Source: Xanthobacteraceae bacterium (GTDB taxonomy: Bacteria > Pseudomonadota > Alphaproteobacteria > Rhizobiales > Xanthobacteraceae). Taken from it: a stretch of 64,000 nt of DNA. The position numbers and the translations under genes are program-made. How positions within the stretch are numbered: the first letter of the stretch is position 1; each line of letters starts with the position of its first letter. The stretch is taken from contig DATMGD010000009.1 in assembly GCA_035555855.1 (NCBI GenBank), forward strand, positions 17,749 through 81,748, written 5' to 3'. The notes beneath the pieces are model-generated. The model did no database searches and had not been told where the DNA came from. It saw only the letters and a program-made list of their open reading frames with translations. Of the stretch, positions 1 to 10,993 are shown in pieces.

Positions 1-721
1 GGCACTCGCTTGGGAAGCGGCAGTGCGCTTCGGTTTCGCGCAGGGACGCTTGATGCCGCCGCCGAGCCGCATCTTCGCCACGCTCTATGATCTCGCGATC
101 ACCGGCGAGTTGTTTCGCCACATCGCCGCGACGACGGCGCGCATCATGGCGGGCTTCGGGCTCGGCGTTGTCGCCGCGACTGTCCTCGGCGCGCTTGCAG
201 GCGCTTCGAAGCTCTCGCGCGACGTGATGGACCCAACGCTGCAAGGCTTGCGCGCGGTGCCGTCGATCGCCTGGGTACCGCTCTTCATTCTGTGGTTCGG
301 CATCTTCGAGACCTCGAAAATCATGTTGATCGCGGTCGGCTGTTTCTTCCCGGTTTACTTGGGCATTCTCGGCGCGATCCTCTCGGTCGATCGCAAGATC
401 GTCGAGGTCGGCCGCATCTTCCGGCTCTCGACGCCTGCGCTAGTGCGGCGAATTTTGCTGCCTGCGATTTTGCCGGCTTATGTCGTGAGCCTGCGGACCG
501 GACTCGGCCTTGGGTGGATGTTCGTCGTCGCCGCCGAATTCATGGGCGCCGCCGAAGGTCTTGGTTATCTGTTGATCGACGGGCAGCAGCTCGGCAAGCC
601 GGATCAGATCCTCGCTTCAATCCTCACATTCGCGGTGCTCGGCAAGATCACCGACAGCCTGCTTGCGGCAGCTGCGGCACCCTTCCTGACTTGGCAAGAC
701 GCCTTCGCGCGGCGCGATTGA
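1..721 (+). CDS. ABC transporter permease, SsuC/TauC/NrtB-like family (5' end outside window)
   Basis: The reading frame is open from the window edge with no upstream stop. It is a multi-TM protein with an N-terminal LAWEAAVRFG...PPPSRI motif and an EAA-like loop (AAEFMGAAEGLGYLL), as in binding-protein-dependent permeases. The cognate ATPase starts 8 nt downstream. Confidence 0.8.
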   Translation, partial: ALAWEAAVRFGFAQGRLMPPPSRIFATLYDLAITGELFRHIAATTARIMAGFGLGVVAATVLGALAGASKLSRDVMDPTLQGLRAVPSIAWVPLFILWFGIFETSKIMLIAVGCFFPVYLGILGAILSVDRKIVEVGRIFRLSTPALVRRILLPAILPAYVVSLRTGLGLGWMFVVAAEFMGAAEGLGYLLIDGQQLGKPDQILASILTFAVLGKITDSLLAAAAAPFLTWQDAFARRD

Positions 722-728
722 GGTAGCG

Positions 729-1502
729 ATGCTGCTCGTCGACAACATCGAAAAAATCTATCCGAACGGCGCGAAGGCGCTTGAGCGCGTCAACATCGCC
801 GTGCGGCCGGGCGAAATCGTCGCGGTCGTCGGCGGCTCCGGTTGCGGCAAGAGCACGCTCTTGCGCCTGATCGCCGGGCTCGACCGGCCGACGCGCGGCA
901 AGATCATGCTGGATGGCGAAAAGATCGTCGCGCCGCATCCGGCCGTCGGCTTCGTGTTTCAAGAGCCGCGCCTTCTACCGTGGCTCACCGTCGCGCAGAA
1001 TGCCGGCTTTGGCCTCGATGGTGTGCCCGCGCCGGAGCGCAATGAGCGTACGCGCGAAGTGTTGCAGCGCGTCGGGCTTGCCGATCATGCGAAATCGTGG
1101 CCGCGCGAACTCTCCGGTGGGCAGGCGCAGCGTGTCGCGATTGCCCGGGCGCTCGCGCCGCGCCCGAAGGTACTCTTGCTCGACGAGCCATTCTCGGCGC
1201 TCGATGCGTTTACGCGCGCCAGTCTTCAGGAGCATCTGCTCGACCTGTGGGAGGCGTTCCGGCCAACGCTCGTGCTCGTCACCCATGACGTCGAGGAAGC
1301 CGTATTTCTCGCAGATCGCGTCCTTGTGATGCGCCCCAAACCGGGACGCTTCGTGGCCGAGATAAATATTGCGCTCGCGCGGCCGCGCGACCGCTATGGC
1401 GAGGCGCTCGATCACGCCAAGCGCCGCGTGTTGGCGGCGCTCGACCACAGCCTGCAGGCGCAACCGCGCGGCGAGGAACTGGCACCGGCCGCCGCAATCT
1501 GA
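729..1502 (+). CDS. ABC transporter ATP-binding protein (SsuB/TauB-like)
   Basis: Walker A GGSGCGKST, ABC signature LSGGQAQRV, Walker B VLLLDEPFSALD and H-loop VTHD. It is a single NBD of 257 aa. Confidence 0.9.
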   Translation: MLLVDNIEKIYPNGAKALERVNIAVRPGEIVAVVGGSGCGKSTLLRLIAGLDRPTRGKIMLDGEKIVAPHPAVGFVFQEPRLLPWLTVAQNAGFGLDGVPAPERNERTREVLQRVGLADHAKSWPRELSGGQAQRVAIARALAPRPKVLLLDEPFSALDAFTRASLQEHLLDLWEAFRPTLVLVTHDVEEAVFLADRVLVMRPKPGRFVAEINIALARPRDRYGEALDHAKRRVLAALDHSLQAQPRGEELAPAAAI

Positions 1503-1530
1503 TAGCTCCACCCCCGAACAGGAGAGCGAC

Positions 1531-2040
1531 ATGGATTCATCTTCGTTACGCGAACTGCAGGGCCCGCTCAAGGAGCGCTACAAGAGCGACCCGAACGCCG
1601 CGGTCATCACGCTGAAAGCCAAGGGCTCGCTCGACGACGAAGGCATCGCCTGCAAGGTCGAGACGGGACGCGCGCTTGCGATTGCCGGATTGCATCCGGC
1701 GACCGGCGGCTCGGGCCGCGAGCTGTGCTCAGGCGATATGCTGCTGGAGGCGCTCGTCGCCTGCGCCGGAGTCACGCTGAAAGCGGTTTCGACCGCGCTC
1801 GAAATTCCGCTGAAATCCGGCGAGATTTCCGCCGAGGGCGATCTTGATTTTCGCGGCACGCTCGCCGTCGCCAAGGACGCGCCGGTCGGATTTCGCGAAA
1901 TCCGGCTGAATTTCAAGGTCGATGCCGACGCGCCGCAGGAAAAGCTCGACCAGCTTTTGAAGCTCACCGAGCGCTATTGCGTCGTCTATCAGACGATCAA
2001 AAGCGGCCCCAAGGTGGACGTCAAACTCGCGCGCGTGTAG
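1531..2040 (+). CDS. OsmC/Ohr family peroxiredoxin-like protein
   Basis: ATG 1531 is preceded by GGAGAG. The 169-aa product has the two Cys contexts typical of OsmC-family proteins (ELCSGDM and ERYCVVYQT). The longer ORF from 1369 overlaps the ABC ATPase and is unlikely. Confidence 0.75.
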   Translation: MDSSSLRELQGPLKERYKSDPNAAVITLKAKGSLDDEGIACKVETGRALAIAGLHPATGGSGRELCSGDMLLEALVACAGVTLKAVSTALEIPLKSGEISAEGDLDFRGTLAVAKDAPVGFREIRLNFKVDADAPQEKLDQLLKLTERYCVVYQTIKSGPKVDVKLARV

Positions 2041-2071
2041 GCCGGGACGCCCGGCTCGCTTGTTTGGTTTG
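2041..2071 (+). terminator. Candidate intrinsic terminator after the OsmC-like gene
   Basis: GCCGGG-acg-CCCGGC hairpin (2041-2055) sits immediately after the stop codon. It is followed by the T-rich tcgcttgtttggtttg. The stem is short and the U-tract is interrupted. Confidence 0.4.
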
Positions 2072-2094
2072 TCGCGTTCTCTTCACGCGAACCG

Positions 2095-2919
2095 GTGTCC
2101 GCCGCTCGAAAACGCTCCATGCACGCTTTATCTCCCGAGCTTTATTTCGCGTTGACGCTCATCGCGAAGATGGCCATCACCGGCGTCTTCCTGGTGGTGG
2201 CGACGGTGCTTGCCGAGCGCAGCGGGCCGTTGGTCGGCGGCCTCGTAACGACGCTGCCAATCAGCGCCGGACCGACCTATTTCTTCCTCGCCTTCGATCA
2301 CTCGGCGCAATTCATCGCCGACGGCGCGCTCATCACGCTCGTGTTCAACGCGGTGAACGCACTGTTCGCCCTCGTCTATGCACTTCTTGCGCAAAGGCAT
2401 TCGCTTGCAGTCAGCATCGGTGGCGCGCTCTTGTTGTGGGTGGTGTCGGCACCAATTCTGCCCTATCTGCCGTGGACGCTCACGAGCGCGATTATCGTCA
2501 ATGTCATTGTCATTCTGCTCTCGCTCCGCGTCACGCGCGATTTGCGCCACACGCGCGCGCCGCGCGTTCCGGCGCGCTGGTACGAACTCTTGCTGCGAGC
2601 GGCGGGCGTCGCGCTGCTAGTCGGCTTCGTCGTCGGCCTCAGCTTCCGCATCGGTCCGGCGGCAAGCGGCATGCTCGCGACCTTCCCGATCGTGTTTTCG
2701 AGCGTCATCGTCATCATGCATCGCCGCGCAGGCGGCCCCGCCACCGCCGCGATTCTCGCCAATGCGCTCCTCGGCATGACCGGCTTCGCGCTCGCCTGCA
2801 TCGCGCTGCATGTCGCGGCGGTGCCGCTCGGCTCGCCGGCCGCGCTGTTGCTCGCGATCGCGGCTTCAATCGGCTGGGGGCTGCTGGTCTTCGCCCTGCG
2901 CAAGCGGCATATGATTTAA
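2095..2919 (+). CDS. Integral membrane protein of unknown function, internally duplicated
   Basis: The 274-aa ORF is almost entirely hydrophobic segments. The two halves resemble each other ([17 protein letters not shown] vs [17 protein letters not shown]). I recognise no catalytic motif. Confidence 0.6.
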   Translation: MSAARKRSMHALSPELYFALTLIAKMAITGVFLVVATVLAERSGPLVGGLVTTLPISAGPTYFFLAFDHSAQFIADGALITLVFNAVNALFALVYALLAQRHSLAVSIGGALLLWVVSAPILPYLPWTLTSAIIVNVIVILLSLRVTRDLRHTRAPRVPARWYELLLRAAGVALLVGFVVGLSFRIGPAASGMLATFPIVFSSVIVIMHRRAGGPATAAILANALLGMTGFALACIALHVAAVPLGSPAALLLAIAASIGWGLLVFALRKRHMI

Positions 2920-5663
2920 GGCTTGTCGCTTTTGCGAAGTGCCTTCAATTTGTAGAGCGCATCAAGCGCCTCGCGTGGCGCGAGCGCATCGGGATCGACG
3001 GCGTCTAACGCTTCTTCGAGCACGTTTTTCTTCGGTGCCGCGACAGGCCGCGTTGCCGAAAAGAGCGGCAGATCGTCGGCAAGCTTCTGCGCGGGCGAGC
3101 CGCGATTGGCGGCTTCGAGTTCAGCCAGAACAATACGCGCGCGTTCGATCACGGCATGCGGCAGACCGGCGAGTTTTGCGACCTGGATGCCGTAGGAGCG
3201 ATCGGCAACTCCCGGCGCGACTTCATGCAGGAAGACGACGTCGCCTTCCCACTCCTTCACCCGCACGGTGGCGTTGACGATGCGATTGAGCTTCGCGCCC
3301 AGTGCCGTGAGTTCGTGAAAGTGCGTCGCGAACAGCGCGCGCGATCTGTTCACGGCGTGCAAATGTTCTAGCGTCGCCCAGGCGATGGACAGGCCATCGA
3401 AGGTCGCGGTACCGCGGCCGATCTCGTCGAGGATCACGAGCGAGCGTTCGGTCGCCTGATTCAAAATCGCAGCAGTCTCGACCATCTCGACCATGAAGGT
3501 CGAGCGCCCGCGCGCAAGATCGTCGGCGGCACCGACGCGCGAGAATAGCCGATCAACGACGCCGATCTCGGCGCGCTTTGCCGGCACGAACGAGCCAATT
3601 TGGGCGAGGATCGCAATCAAGGCGTTCTGCCGGAGAAATGTCGATTTACCGGCCATATTCGGGCCGGTCACAAGCCAAATAGAGCCCGCGTTTTCCTCAT
3701 CGGGCGCGGAGAGATCGCAGTCATTGGCGACAAATGGTCCGCCGTCACGCGAGAGCGCTGCTTCGACAACCGGATGGCGCCCGCCCTCGATGAAGAAATC
3801 GAGCGAGTCATCAACGTAAGGCCTTGTCCAGTTTTCGGTAACGGCAAGCTCAGCGAGCGACGATGCAACATCGATGCGCGCGAGCGCACCCGCGACCGCT
3901 TCGAGCGCTTCGGCGCTCGCAAGCACTTCCGCGACGAGCCGGTCGAAGATCGAGAGTTCGAGCGCGAGCGCCTTGTCCGAAGCGCCGACGATTTTCGCTT
4001 CCAGCTCGGAAAGCTCGATCGAAGTAAAGCGCATCGCACCGGCAAGTGTCTGGCGGTGCATGAAGGTCGCTTTGGCTTCCGCCGTCAGCAGCTTTTCGCC
4101 ATGTTGCGCCGAAACTTCGATGAAGTAGCCGAGCACATTGTTGTGCTTGATCTTGAGCGCCTTGAGGCCGGTATCGTCGGCGTAGCGCGCCTGCAAGCGG
4201 GCGATGACCTTTCGCGAATCGTCCTTGAGTTCATTCGCGCCGTCGAGATCATGGTCATAGCCCGCGCACACGAAGCCGCCGTCGCGCGCAGACAGAGGCA
4301 GGTGCTCGGCAAGCGCGCGATCGAGTTCCTGCTCGAGACCGGCATTCGGCTCGCCGAGAATCGCCGCGGCTTCCTGCAATTCGCCCGGCAGCTCCTTTTC
4401 CTCGGCAAAGCGCGCGGCAAGCGAACGCGCCGCGGCAAGGCTGCCCTGCACGGCGGCAAGATCGCGCGGGCCACCGCGCGCGAGCGAAAGCCGCGCGAGC
4501 GCGCGCGACAGATCCGGCGCGCCGGCAAGTACGCCGCGCACTTCAGCGCGCAGCGACGAATCGCTCGCGAAATAATCGGCCAAATCGAGCCGCGCGTTGA
4601 TCGCGTCCGGATCCACGAGCGGGCTCGCAAGCCGACGCGCCAGCAAGCGTGCGCCGCCGGTCGTTTTTGTGCGGTCGATCACCGACAAGAGACTGCCATC
4701 GAAATCGCCACTGAGCGTGCGCACCAGTTCGAGATTGGCGCGCGTCGCAGCGTCGATCATCAGGACAGAGCCTGCCGCCTCGCGCGACGGCGGCGAAAGA
4801 TTGGGTTTCTTGCCGAATTGCGTACGCTCGACGTACGTGACGACGGCAGCGGCCGCCGTCAATTCGAGCCGCGAAAACGCGCCAAAGGATTCGGCGGTCG
4901 CAACGCCAAAGAAGCCAGCGAGCCTCCGCTCGGCGCTGGCAAAATCGAAAATATCCTTCGTCACAGGAGTTACGGCATTCAGCGAGCGCCAATAACCGCG
5001 CAGCTCCGGATCGTCGTGGAGTGCATCGGTGACGATGATCTCGCCCGGGAATAGCCGCGCGATCTCGGCGGCGAGCCGCACGCCGTCGGTTTCCATGACG
5101 CGAAATTCGCCGGTCGAAATATCGAGCCACGCAAGACCGTAAGCAGGTTCGGCATCGCTCAAAGGCCTTCCGCGCGCGACCGCCAGGAGCCAGTTATTCT
5201 TCTTTGCGTCGAGCAGCGAATCTTCCGTCAGCGTGCCCGGGGTCACGAGCCGAACAACATCGCGCTTCACCACCGATTTGCCGCCGCGCTTTTTCGCTTC
5301 CGCCGGATCCTCGACTTGCTCGCAGACCGCTACGCGGTGGCCTTGCGCGATCAGGCGATGAAGATATTCGTCGGCTTTCTCGACAGGCACGCCGCACATC
5401 GGGATATCGCGGCCAAGATGCTTGCCGCGTTTCGTGAGCACGATGCCAAGCGCGCGCGATGCGATTTCGGCGTCGTCGAAGAACAATTCGTAAAAATCGC
5501 CCATCCGGTAGAACAAGAGAGAGTTCGGATTGGCGGTTTTGATCTCGATATATTGCTCCATCATCGGCGTGACGCGCGTTTCCGCGCCTGCCTGCGCCGT
5601 CCCTTGATGTGCCACTTCCCCGTGCATGGCCGGGAAACTAGCAGAAGCGCGCATTTCTTTCAT
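2916..5663 (-). CDS. mutS: DNA mismatch repair protein MutS
   Basis: [12 protein letters not shown]-terminus, GDFYELF mismatch-binding motif, Walker [10 protein letters not shown] and DEIGRGT. The exact start among several in-frame ATGs is uncertain. Confidence 0.95.
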   Translation of the reverse strand: MKEMRASASFPAMHGEVAHQGTAQAGAETRVTPMMEQYIEIKTANPNSLLFYRMGDFYELFFDDAEIASRALGIVLTKRGKHLGRDIPMCGVPVEKADEYLHRLIAQGHRVAVCEQVEDPAEAKKRGGKSVVKRDVVRLVTPGTLTEDSLLDAKKNNWLLAVARGRPLSDAEPAYGLAWLDISTGEFRVMETDGVRLAAEIARLFPGEIIVTDALHDDPELRGYWRSLNAVTPVTKDIFDFASAERRLAGFFGVATAESFGAFSRLELTAAAAVVTYVERTQFGKKPNLSPPSREAAGSVLMIDAATRANLELVRTLSGDFDGSLLSVIDRTKTTGGARLLARRLASPLVDPDAINARLDLADYFASDSSLRAEVRGVLAGAPDLSRALARLSLARGGPRDLAAVQGSLAAARSLAARFAEEKELPGELQEAAAILGEPNAGLEQELDRALAEHLPLSARDGGFVCAGYDHDLDGANELKDDSRKVIARLQARYADDTGLKALKIKHNNVLGYFIEVSAQHGEKLLTAEAKATFMHRQTLAGAMRFTSIELSELEAKIVGASDKALALELSIFDRLVAEVLASAEALEAVAGALARIDVASSLAELAVTENWTRPYVDDSLDFFIEGGRHPVVEAALSRDGGPFVANDCDLSAPDEENAGSIWLVTGPNMAGKSTFLRQNALIAILAQIGSFVPAKRAEIGVVDRLFSRVGAADDLARGRSTFMVEMVETAAILNQATERSLVILDEIGRGTATFDGLSIAWATLEHLHAVNRSRALFATHFHELTALGAKLNRIVNATVRVKEWEGDVVFLHEVAPGVADRSYGIQVAKLAGLPHAVIERARIVLAELEAANRGSPAQKLADDLPLFSATRPVAAPKKNVLEEALDAVDPDALAPREALDALYKLKALRKSDKP

Positions 5664-5754
5664 CGCGGGCAGAGGTGTTCCTGTGGGCGACGGGGGGGTA
5701 TAAGAGCGCCCCTATTCGCGAATAAGTCATGTGGATCGAGTACAGGAACTTACG

Positions 5755-8040
5755 ATGAAAGCCGACGCCCCGAAAAAGAAACGCGCGCCCCGCCCCACTT
5801 TCACCGATCAGGAGGCGCTGCAATTCCACGCCGTCGGGCGCCCCGGCAAGCTTGAAGTGATCGCTACGAAGCCGATGGCGACGCAGCGCGATCTCTCGCT
5901 TGCCTATTCGCCGGGCGTCGCCGTTCCCGTGCTCGCGATCGCCGAAGACGCGAGCCGCGCCTACGATTACACGGTGAAGGGCAATCTCGTCGGCGTCATC
6001 ACCAACGGCACCGCGATCCTTGGCCTCGGCAATCGCGGCGCGCTCGCCGCCAAGCCCGTGATGGAAGGCAAGGCCGTTCTCTTCAAGCGCTTCGCCGATA
6101 TCGACGGCTTCGACCTCGAAGTGAACACCGAAGACCCCGACCAGTTCATCAATTGCGTCCGCTATCTTGGCCAGACCTTCGGCGGCATCAACCTCGAGGA
6201 CATCAAGGCGCCGGAATGCTTCATCATCGAGCAGCGGCTGCGCGAACTCCTCGACATCCCCGTCTTCCACGACGACCAGCATGGCACGGCGATCATCGCG
6301 GCGGCCGGCGTAATCAATGCGCTGAAGCTCACGGGCCGCGATATCCGGACGGCCAAGCTCGTCGTCAACGGCGCGGGTGCGTCGGGCATCGCCTGCGTCG
6401 AGTTGCTCAAGGCACTCGGCTTGCAGCCGAACAACGTCATCCTGTGCGACACCAAGGGCGTCGTCTACAAGGGCCGCACCGAGGGCATGAACCAGTGGAA
6501 GTCGGCGCATGCCGCCGACACCAAGGCGCGCACGCTCGCCGACGCGGCGAAGGGCGCGGACATCCTGTTCGGCCTCTCGCAGAAGGGGGCCTTCACCCGC
6601 GACATGATCAAGTCGATGGCTGCGAACCCGATCATCTTCGCGATGGCGAACCCCGATCCGGAAATCACGGTGGAAGAAGTCGCCGAGATTCGCGATGACG
6701 CCATCATGGCGACAGGGCGCTCGGACTATCCAAACCAGATCAACAACGTGCTCGGCTTCCCCTACATCTTCCGCGGCGCGCTCGACGTGCGCGCTTCCAC
6801 CATCAACATGGAAATGAAGATCGCGGCCGCGAATGCGCTCGCCGAGCTTGCGCGCGAGGACGTGCCCGATGAAGTGGCGGCGGCCTACGGTTCGCGGCCG
6901 AAATACGGCTCTGATTACATCATTCCCGTGCCGTTCGATCCGCGGCTGATTTTCGCGGTGCCGCCGGCAGTCGCCAAAGCGGCGATGGATTCGGGCGTCG
7001 CCCGAAAGCCCATCGTCGACATGAACGCCTATGTCGAGCAGCTCCGCACCCGGCGCGATCCGGTTGCGGGCGTACTCTCCCGCGTGTTCGAGCGCATCAA
7101 GCGACAGCCGAAGCGCGTCGTCTTTGCCGAGGGCGAGGAGGAGCAGGTCGTCCGGGCGGCTGCTACGTTTGCCCAGCAGGGCCTCGGCGTTCCCATTCTC
7201 GTCGGGCGCGAGGATCGCGTGAGGCAGGCGGCAGGAAGCGCGGGCGTTGATCTGCACAGCGGCATCGAGATTCACAACGCTGCGCTCTCGAAGCGCAACA
7301 TCGATTACGCCAACTATCTCTACGAGCGCCTGCAACGGAAGGGCTTTTTGTTCCGCGACGTGCAGCGGCTCGTGAATACCGACCGCAACCATTTCGCTGC
7401 CTGCATGGTGGCGATGGGCGATGCTGACGCGATGATTTCCGGCGTAACGCGTAATTACTCGGGCGTGCTCGAAGATGTCTCGCGCGTCATCGATCCGAAA
7501 CCGGGCCACCGCGTCATGGGCATTTCGCTGGTGCTGGCGCGCGGCAAGACAGTGCTCGTCGCCGACACTGCGGTGACGGAGCTGCCCGATGCGCAAGCTC
7601 TCGTCGACATCGCCATTGAAGCTGCCGGCGTCGCGCGCCGTCTCGGCTTCGAGCCGCGCGTTGCGATGCTGGCGTTCTCGACCTTCGGCAACCCCAAGGG
7701 CGAGCGCGCCTCGCATGTGCAGGAAGCGGTGCGCATCCTGCACGAGCGCGGCGTCGACTTCGAGGTCGACGGCGAGATGGGCGCCGATGTCGCGCTCAAC
7801 CCCGAGCTCGGTCACACCTTCCCGTTCAACCGGCTAACGGACACTGCAAACGTCCTCATCATGCCGGCGTTCCACTCGGCATCGATCTCGACCAAGATGC
7901 TGCAGGAACTGGGCGGTGCGACGGTGATCGGGCCGCTCTTGGTGGGCTTCGACCGCTCGGTGCAAATCGTGCCGCTCTCGGCGAAGGACAGCGATCTCGT
8001 CAATATGGCCGCGCTCGCGGCGTTCAATATCAGCGGGTAA
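5755..8040 (+). CDS. maeB: NADP-dependent malic enzyme (malic enzyme domain fused to a phosphotransacetylase-like domain)
   Basis: ATG 5755 lies 7 nt after AGGA. The N-terminal malic enzyme region contains [10 protein letters not shown] and [10 protein letters not shown] long C-terminal PTA-like domain gives 761 aa, typical MaeB architecture. Confidence 0.92.
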   Translation: MKADAPKKKRAPRPTFTDQEALQFHAVGRPGKLEVIATKPMATQRDLSLAYSPGVAVPVLAIAEDASRAYDYTVKGNLVGVITNGTAILGLGNRGALAAKPVMEGKAVLFKRFADIDGFDLEVNTEDPDQFINCVRYLGQTFGGINLEDIKAPECFIIEQRLRELLDIPVFHDDQHGTAIIAAAGVINALKLTGRDIRTAKLVVNGAGASGIACVELLKALGLQPNNVILCDTKGVVYKGRTEGMNQWKSAHAADTKARTLADAAKGADILFGLSQKGAFTRDMIKSMAANPIIFAMANPDPEITVEEVAEIRDDAIMATGRSDYPNQINNVLGFPYIFRGALDVRASTINMEMKIAAANALAELAREDVPDEVAAAYGSRPKYGSDYIIPVPFDPRLIFAVPPAVAKAAMDSGVARKPIVDMNAYVEQLRTRRDPVAGVLSRVFERIKRQPKRVVFAEGEEEQVVRAAATFAQQGLGVPILVGREDRVRQAAGSAGVDLHSGIEIHNAALSKRNIDYANYLYERLQRKGFLFRDVQRLVNTDRNHFAACMVAMGDADAMISGVTRNYSGVLEDVSRVIDPKPGHRVMGISLVLARGKTVLVADTAVTELPDAQALVDIAIEAAGVARRLGFEPRVAMLAFSTFGNPKGERASHVQEAVRILHERGVDFEVDGEMGADVALNPELGHTFPFNRLTDTANVLIMPAFHSASISTKMLQELGGATVIGPLLVGFDRSVQIVPLSAKDSDLVNMAALAAFNISG

Positions 8041-8051
8041 CTCTGCCCTCA

Positions 8052-8080
8052 GTCATAGCCGGGTTTATCCCGGCTATGAC
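8052..8080. terminator. Perfect 12-bp hairpin between convergent maeB and the PfkB kinase gene
   Basis: GTCATAGCCGGG-tttat-CCCGGCTATGAC. It lies in the 55-nt gap between two convergent stop codons. There is no clear U-tract on either side, so it could be a bidirectional terminator or a REP-like palindrome. Confidence 0.5.
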
Positions 8081-8095
8081 GACAAGCTGAGTAAA

Positions 8096-9094
8096 TCAAA
8101 GCAATCCGTTTTCCTTGGCGAGATCCGCGAGATTCTTCTCGGGCCGTGCGCCAAGATGCGAGATGACTTCGGCGGCGGCCATCGCCCCGAGCCGCGCCGA
8201 TGTTTCATGCGGCAGATCGCGCGCAAAACCATAGAGGAACCCGGCGGCGAACAGATCGCCGGCGCCGGTCGTATCGGCGACGGTCTCGACTGGAAACGCA
8301 GGAACTGCCGCCACTTCTTCCTTGGAAACAACGACCGCGCCTTTTTCGCTGCGCGTGACGGCGGCGAACTTGGTGTCACGCCGCAGCTCCAGCAGCGCGG
8401 CATCGAAATCGCCGGTTTCGTACAGGCTCTTCAGTTCGATTTCGTTGGCGAACAGAAAATCGACCGTGCCGCCCTTGATAAGCTCGAGAAATTCGCGCCG
8501 GTAGCGATCGACGCAGAAGGCGTCCGAAAGCGTCAGCGCCACAATGCGATTATGCGCGTGTGCGATCTTGGCGGCCTTAAGGAACGCGTCCTTGGCGTTC
8601 TGCGGGTCCCACAGATAGCCTTCCATATAGAGAATTTTCGCAGCGGCGATGTCGCTCTCAATAATTTCGGCTGCGGAAAGAAGCTGCGCAGCGCCCAAGT
8701 AAGTATTCATGGTGCGCTCGCCGTCCGGGGTCACGAGAATATAAGAGCGCGCGGTCGAAGGGCCGTCCTTGATGGGCGCCACGTCGAAGCTGACGCCTGC
8801 GGCACGGATGTCGTGAGAGAAGACCTTGCCGAGGCCATCGTCTTTCACAGCGCCGATGAAAGCAGCACGGCCGCCGAACGAAGCGACGCCCGCGATGGTA
8901 TTCGCCGCCGAGCCGCCGGAGATTTCCCGCGCCGGTCCCATCGCCTTGTAGATCGCCTCGGCGCGGGCTTCGTCGATCAGGCTCATGCCGCCCTTGGCCA
9001 TCTGATGGCGGACGAGAAAATCGTCATCGGCGCGTGCGATCACATCGACGATGGCATTGCCGATGCCGATGACATCATAGCGTGTTGTGGTCAT
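8096..9094 (-). CDS. PfkB-family carbohydrate/adenosine kinase
   Basis: N-terminal VIGIGNAIVD, GGSAANT, and the C-terminal DTTGAGDLFAAGF motif of the ribokinase/PfkB superfamily. Confidence 0.85.
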   Translation of the reverse strand: MTTTRYDVIGIGNAIVDVIARADDDFLVRHQMAKGGMSLIDEARAEAIYKAMGPAREISGGSAANTIAGVASFGGRAAFIGAVKDDGLGKVFSHDIRAAGVSFDVAPIKDGPSTARSYILVTPDGERTMNTYLGAAQLLSAAEIIESDIAAAKILYMEGYLWDPQNAKDAFLKAAKIAHAHNRIVALTLSDAFCVDRYRREFLELIKGGTVDFLFANEIELKSLYETGDFDAALLELRRDTKFAAVTRSEKGAVVVSKEEVAAVPAFPVETVADTTGAGDLFAAGFLYGFARDLPHETSARLGAMAAAEVISHLGARPEKNLADLAKENGLL

Positions 9095-9220
9095 TCAGCC
9101 CTCCAAAACGAAGGGTGGCGGTAGCAGGCGAGATACTCAGGGGCAAGCCTCGAGGCTCTCCTCTTGCCCCTCCCCGCACCGGCATGGCATGACGCAGCCC
9201 TATTTTCGGAACATCAGAAA

Positions 9221-10258
9221 ATGCCAGCTTTCAAAGAACTCGTGTTTTCCGGGGTGCAGCCGACCGGCAACCTCACCCTCGGAAACTATCTGGGCGCCAT
9301 CACCAAGTTCGTGGCGCTCCAGCACAAGTACGACTGCATCTATTGCGTCGTCGATATGCACGCCATCACGGTCTGGCAGGAGCCGCAGGAACTCAAGCGC
9401 ACGACGCGCGAAGTGACGGCGGCGTTCATCGCATCGGGTGTCGATCCGAAGAAAAGCATCATCTTCAACCAGAGCCAGGTCGCCGAACACGCCGAGCTTG
9501 CCTGGGTGCTGAATTGCGTCGCGCGGCTCGGCTGGCTCAACCGCATGACGCAGTTCAAGGAAAAGGCCGGCAAGGACCGGGAGAACGCTTCGGTCGGGCT
9601 TTACGCCTATCCGAACCTGATGGCGGCCGACATTCTGGTTTATCGCGCGACGCACGTTCCGGTCGGCGAAGACCAAAAGCAGCATCTCGAACTTGCGCGC
9701 GACATCGCGCAGAAGTTCAATAACGATTACGCCGAATCCATTCGCGCCAACAATTTCGGCGAGACATTCTTTCCGCTGCCGGAGCCGCTGATCGCGGGCC
9801 CGGCGACACGCGTCATGTCGCTCCGCGACGGCACCAAGAAAATGTCGAAGTCGGACCCCTCCGATTATTCGCGCATCAACCTTACCGACGACGCCGACAC
9901 CATCGCGCAGAAGTTCCGCAAGGCGAGAACCGATCCGCACCCGCTGCCGTCCGATGTGAAAGAACTCGAAGCGCGGCCCGAAGCCGACAACCTCGTCGGC
10001 ATTTATGCCGCGCTCTCGGGCAAGACACCGGCGGATGTGCTGGGTGAATTCGGCGGCGCGCAATTCTCGCGTTTCAAAGAAGCGCTGACGGAACTCTCGG
10101 TCGAAAAACTCGGACCGATCGGCGCCGAGATGAAGCGCATCATGCAGGATGCCGCCTATATCGACAGCGTTCTCAACGACGGATCGGCGCGCGCCCGCGC
10201 GATCGCGGCGCAAACGATGAAATCGGTCAAGGATATCGTCGGTTTCGTCCGCGGTTAG
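9221..10258 (+). CDS. trpS: Tryptophan--tRNA ligase
   Basis: Class I aaRS signatures [15 protein letters not shown] and KMSKS. The ATG at 9221 gives the usual N-terminus; the upstream extension from 9164 is unlikely. Confidence 0.93.
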   Translation: MPAFKELVFSGVQPTGNLTLGNYLGAITKFVALQHKYDCIYCVVDMHAITVWQEPQELKRTTREVTAAFIASGVDPKKSIIFNQSQVAEHAELAWVLNCVARLGWLNRMTQFKEKAGKDRENASVGLYAYPNLMAADILVYRATHVPVGEDQKQHLELARDIAQKFNNDYAESIRANNFGETFFPLPEPLIAGPATRVMSLRDGTKKMSKSDPSDYSRINLTDDADTIAQKFRKARTDPHPLPSDVKELEARPEADNLVGIYAALSGKTPADVLGEFGGAQFSRFKEALTELSVEKLGPIGAEMKRIMQDAAYIDSVLNDGSARARAIAAQTMKSVKDIVGFVRG

Positions 10259-10350
10259 CCTTCGCTCCGGCGATTTGATTCGTGCGCTGAAGTGCATCTT
10301 GTGCCGGGCGCGCTTCGCGTGGCAGCATTGGCCCTCATCGGAATCACCTC

Positions 10351-10851
10351 ATGAGCCGCGTCAAGCGCAAGAGTTTCGAACCCGGTCACCAGCGCAACTT
10401 CCTGGTGGTGATCGACGACACGCCCGAATGCGACCGCGCCGTCTATTACGCGAGCCGGCGCGCGGCGCGCACCAACAGCAATGTCGTGATGCTCGCAGTG
10501 GTGGCAATCGGCGATTCCAACCAGCAGTGGCTCGGCGTCGGCGACCTGATGCGCCAGGAGGCGCATGAGGAAGCTGAAAAGCTGCTCGATCATTTCGCCG
10601 CGCGGGCGAAGAACCTCGCCGGCATCGAGCCCGAGCGCGTCGTGCGCGAAGGCAATAAGGCCGACGAAGTACTGAAAGTGATCGACGAAGACGAGGATGT
10701 CGCCATTCTCGTGCTCGCCTCCGCGAGCGGCAACGAGGGCCCCGGCCCGCTCGTCACTTCGCTCGCAGGCTCGGGTTCGAGCACCTTCCCGATCCCGATC
10801 ACCATCGTGCCGGGCAGCCTCTCCGACGAAGAGCTCGACGCGCTCGCCTGA
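10351..10851 (+). CDS. Universal stress protein (UspA) family protein
   Basis: 166 aa. It has the Usp-like pattern FLVVIDDTPE ... DVAILVLASASG ... PITIVPG. Confidence 0.7.
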   Translation: MSRVKRKSFEPGHQRNFLVVIDDTPECDRAVYYASRRAARTNSNVVMLAVVAIGDSNQQWLGVGDLMRQEAHEEAEKLLDHFAARAKNLAGIEPERVVREGNKADEVLKVIDEDEDVAILVLASASGNEGPGPLVTSLAGSGSSTFPIPITIVPGSLSDEELDALA

Positions 10852-10993
10852 AGGGTTTTTGGCCTAACCGGGCGTTTTCCCGATAACGCATGCCTGAAAG
10901 ACTTATGGCGCGCGCCCTTCCGCAACCGGCGCGAAGGGCTTACATAAAGGGCGACCACGTTAGAGAGCCGAGAGAGAGAGCGGGAGCCATCCC

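Noticed and set aside
5638-7815. 725-aa ORF on the minus strand.
   Set aside because: It lies entirely antisense to the well-supported maeB gene. The product is Arg/Ala/Gly/Asp-rich with no recognisable motif. This is the stop-poor antisense frame expected in high-G+C DNA.
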